This document shows, in pieces, positions 61,484-64,000 of a DNA stretch of 64,000 nt. Source of the stretch: Phaeosaccion multiseriatum (Eukaryota; Protista; Ochrophyta, other classes). Positions within the stretch are counted from its first letter, which is position 1. Every line of letters begins with the position of its first letter. The notes beneath the pieces were generated by a model, which was not told the DNA's origin, ran no database searches, and was given only the letters and a program-made list of their open reading frames with translations. The position numbers and the translations under genes are program-made. Location: the NCBI GenBank assembly GCA_965112735.1, contig OZ218950.1, positions 1,674,001 through 1,738,000 on the forward strand, read 5' to 3'.

Positions 61484-62614
61484 AAGGCAGCCATCCTCCT
61501 TCCTTCCATCCTCCTCCTTGGCACCAGCAAGAAGGTGGGCGAGTGCTGGTCGTGCGCTTCGGAGGCGGAGGGAGAGCTCAGGTTGATTCGCTCGAGTCGA
61601 TTTGACCGCGCCACCGACCGACAAGACCTTGTGTGTGTGTTTTTTTTTTTTTTTTTTCTACGCTCTTCTTCAGTTTTTGGGGAGAGGAGTAATAAAGGAA
61701 GAAAGAAAGGAACAAGGGCGCTGAGTGAGGCAGGGAGGGAGAGGTGTGTTTTGTCTGTCCCAAGCTGAACTGTTTGGATGTGGGGGTTTTGCAAGCTAAG
61801 CAAGCGGAGGCATGCGAGCTTTGGGTACCGCAGTTTTTCGCGAATTAAGTTTCGCGGTGGAAACCAAACAGGCAAGAAGAATAAGATAGGATGGAGGAGG
61901 AGAAGGATAGCGACAAAGGTTGACAGCGAAGGAAGGAGAAAGGGCCTTATATTTTCTGTTTTTGTCGCTCTCAGACCTGCTGGCGTTGGCTTGAAAAGCT
62001 CGTGCGTGCACCCCCGTTGTACCCTTCCATGTTGAACACCGTGTGCTTATGTTATCTGCTAGATGCACAGCGGGTCTGACGGTGTGTGGCTGTTCGGGGG
62101 TGAAGGTGAAGGCAGTGGAGCTATACTCGGGAGTACAATAGCGACCGCAGATCCAGGCCAGCAGGAGGAGGAGGAGGCAAAGGGAGAGCCAGAGACGAGG
62201 AGGAGGAGGAGGAGGAGGAGGAGGAGGAGGAGGAGGAGGAGGAGGAGGGACGTTTTTTTACCCACTGCTCCTCCCCTAATAAGTGCTTTCATTGTACAAA
62301 ATGAAACAATTTTATTGACAAAAAAAAAGAGTTTTATTTTCTCCAAACCGATTATGGACTCGCCGCCACTCCCATGTCGGAGCTACATACAGCACTGAAT
62401 ATCTCCCCCCTCGAATGTACATGTGTCCTACAAAAGCTCCCTTTCTCCCTCCCCCTCTCGTGAGTAGACGGGGGCCCTACTGCTCCCACCTCCGACTACC
62501 ACACCACCACTCTCTGCCCGTCTTGCTTACTCACAACAACCCAGCCAACTCAATTCCTTCCGCAGTCAGCTTCAGCCCCCTCTGCCTGGGGGGCTTCATT
62601 TTCGAACCAACCGA

Positions 62615-64000
62615 TTACGGAGTCAGTTTCAGTCGACTCTTGAGCACAGAGTACACAAGAAAGGCCTCCGCCCGGGGAAACCGCTCCGATTGTTGCTGCG
62701 ACTCCGACCCACCACGCCCCCCATCCATATCAACATCCTCATCACCACCACCACCACCACCACCACCGCCACCACCACCTTTGCCCCTGCCTCCCCCTCC
62801 TCCTCCCCCTCCGTCAATGTCTCCGTCTGGCGTCAGCATATGTTGAGCAATAACCCGAACAGCCGCTCCCATGCCCAACCGAGGCCCTACTAGCGCCGCC
62901 ACCACACGAAGCTCCAACAGATCAAGGTCGAGGCTCGGAGCGCACTCCCCCAGGACGTCTTCGACCTCGCCGATCACAGCGCGCTTACACGTCAGCGGCC
63001 GCCCGAAGCGAGTGTACAGGACAGTCTCCTCCTCCCCCCCCTCCTCCTCCTCCTCCCCCTCCTCCTCCTCCTCCTCCTCCTCCTCCTCCTCCTCCTCCTC
63101 CTCCTCCTCCTCCTGCTCCTGCTCCTCCTCGTCCTCCTCCTCTTCCTTCTCCTCCTCCACCTCCTCCTCCTCTTTCTTCCTCTTCTTCTTCTCCTTCTTC
63201 TCCTTCTCCTCCTTCTCCTCCTCCCCCCCAAGCACAATCTTCATCTCCCCCAGCACCATGCTCTCCTCCTCCTCCTTTGCCTCCTCCTCCTCCTCCTCCT
63301 CCTCCTCCTCCTCCTCCTCCTCCTCCTCCTCCTCCTCCTCCTCCTCCTCCTCCTCTTCTTCTTCTTCTTCTTGTTCCTCTTCCTCTTCTTCTCCCTCCTC
63401 CTCCTTCTTCTCCCTCTCCTTCTCCTCCCTCTTCTCCTTGTCCTTCTTCCCGCCCAGCAACATATCCTCTTCCCCCTCGCTCTCATCCTCCTCTTCCTCC
63501 TCCTCCCCCGACGACGACGACGACGACGACGATGACGACGACGACGATGATGACGACTCGTCCTCGTCCTCCTTTCTCGGCGCCGCTTTGCGGTGCTCCT
63601 CTCGAGGGCGTTTCTTCGCCCGCCCCCCTCCCCCTCCTCCTTTTCCCCCTGCCCTTGCTGCTTCCGCCCGGTTTTTTCCCCGATTCTCTTCCAAGTCTCG
63701 CTCCAGCTCCTCCAGCATACATCGTCCCTTGACATCACCGACGCGGATCAACTCTGCCAACAGACCCTTAAAGGTTTTGATCAGACGACCCTCATTCTTC
63801 TTTACCATCTTCTTGCAACGGATCGTATTGCGCGCTCGAAGGAGTCCTCCTCCTCGGGGTCCTTCCATCGCCGACTCTCCCCTCCTCATCTCTTCCTTCG
63901 CCTCAGCCACATGCCACTTTAGCTCTTCTTTCAAATACCTCATGCACTCGGCGATGAGATTCCTTCGATACTCGTTCCCCGGGATGGCCGGTGGCAAGTG
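62615..64000 (-). CDS. Hypothetical protein with very long Glu/Lys/Ser/Gly tracts; 5' end outside window
   Basis: 460-codon open frame with helical-looking segments (YRRNLIAECMRYLKEEL; LDLDLLELRVVAALVG) flanking poly-E tracts. Confidence 0.55.
   Translation of the reverse strand, partial: HLPPAIPGNEYRRNLIAECMRYLKEELKWHVAEAKEEMRRGESAMEGPRGGGLLRARNTIRCKKMVKKNEGRLIKTFKGLLAELIRVGDVKGRCMLEELERDLEENRGKNRAEAARAGGKGGGGGGRAKKRPREEHRKAAPRKEDEDESSSSSSSSSSSSSSSSGEEEEEEDESEGEEDMLLGGKKDKEKREEKEREKKEEEGEEEEEEQEEEEEEEEEEEEEEEEEEEEEEEEEEEEEEAKEEEESMVLGEMKIVLGGEEEKEEKEKKEKKKRKKEEEEVEEEKEEEEDEEEQEQEEEEEEEEEEEEEEEEEEGEEEEEGGEEETVLYTRFGRPLTCKRAVIGEVEDVLGECAPSLDLDLLELRVVAALVGPRLGMGAAVRVIAQHMLTPDGDIDGGGGGGGGRGKGGGGGGGGGGGGDEDVDMDGGRGGSESQQQSERFPRAEAFLVYSVLKSRLKLTP

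Noticed and set aside
1-64000. tRNA/rRNA/snoRNA genes, SECIS elements, transposase or RT ORFs
   Set aside because: None recognisable by eye; tRNAscan-SE/Infernal would be needed to exclude small RNAs

Overview
Gene-dense eukaryotic nuclear DNA, most likely from a photosynthetic stramenopile (ochrophyte). This is inferred from signal-peptide+'AF' bipartite plastid-type leaders, EsV-1-7 repeats and short GT-AG introns. About 15 protein genes are present, most of them multi-exon, and 12 of them form head-to-head pairs. Recognisable ones are a MATE transporter, glutamine-dependent NAD+ synthetase, ISCU, a tafazzin-like acyltransferase, eIF3f, TM9SF/EMP70, DDX42, a PZP(PHD)-TFIIS-M chromatin protein, an HRI-like eIF2-alpha kinase and an EsV-1-7 repeat protein. 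The rest are a long coiled-coil protein and several unknowns. Introns are packed with microsatellites. The most striking unexplained signal is a dispersed ~16-bp DNA word, (A)GCAGTTGGTGATACAG / CTGTATCACCAACTGC. By eye I count about 20 exact 10-mer cores plus many 1-2-mismatch variants. It occurs on both strands, in exons (read as AVGDT, QLVIQ or VSPT), introns and intergenic DNA. Also notable are a 102-bp MITE-like element with 16-bp TIRs and a 3-bp TSD, a ~190-bp foldback, purine-rich 5'/pyrimidine-rich 3' intron polarity, and a strong-context uORF overlapping a main ATG. Exon boundaries were inferred by eye, with no searches or RNA data.
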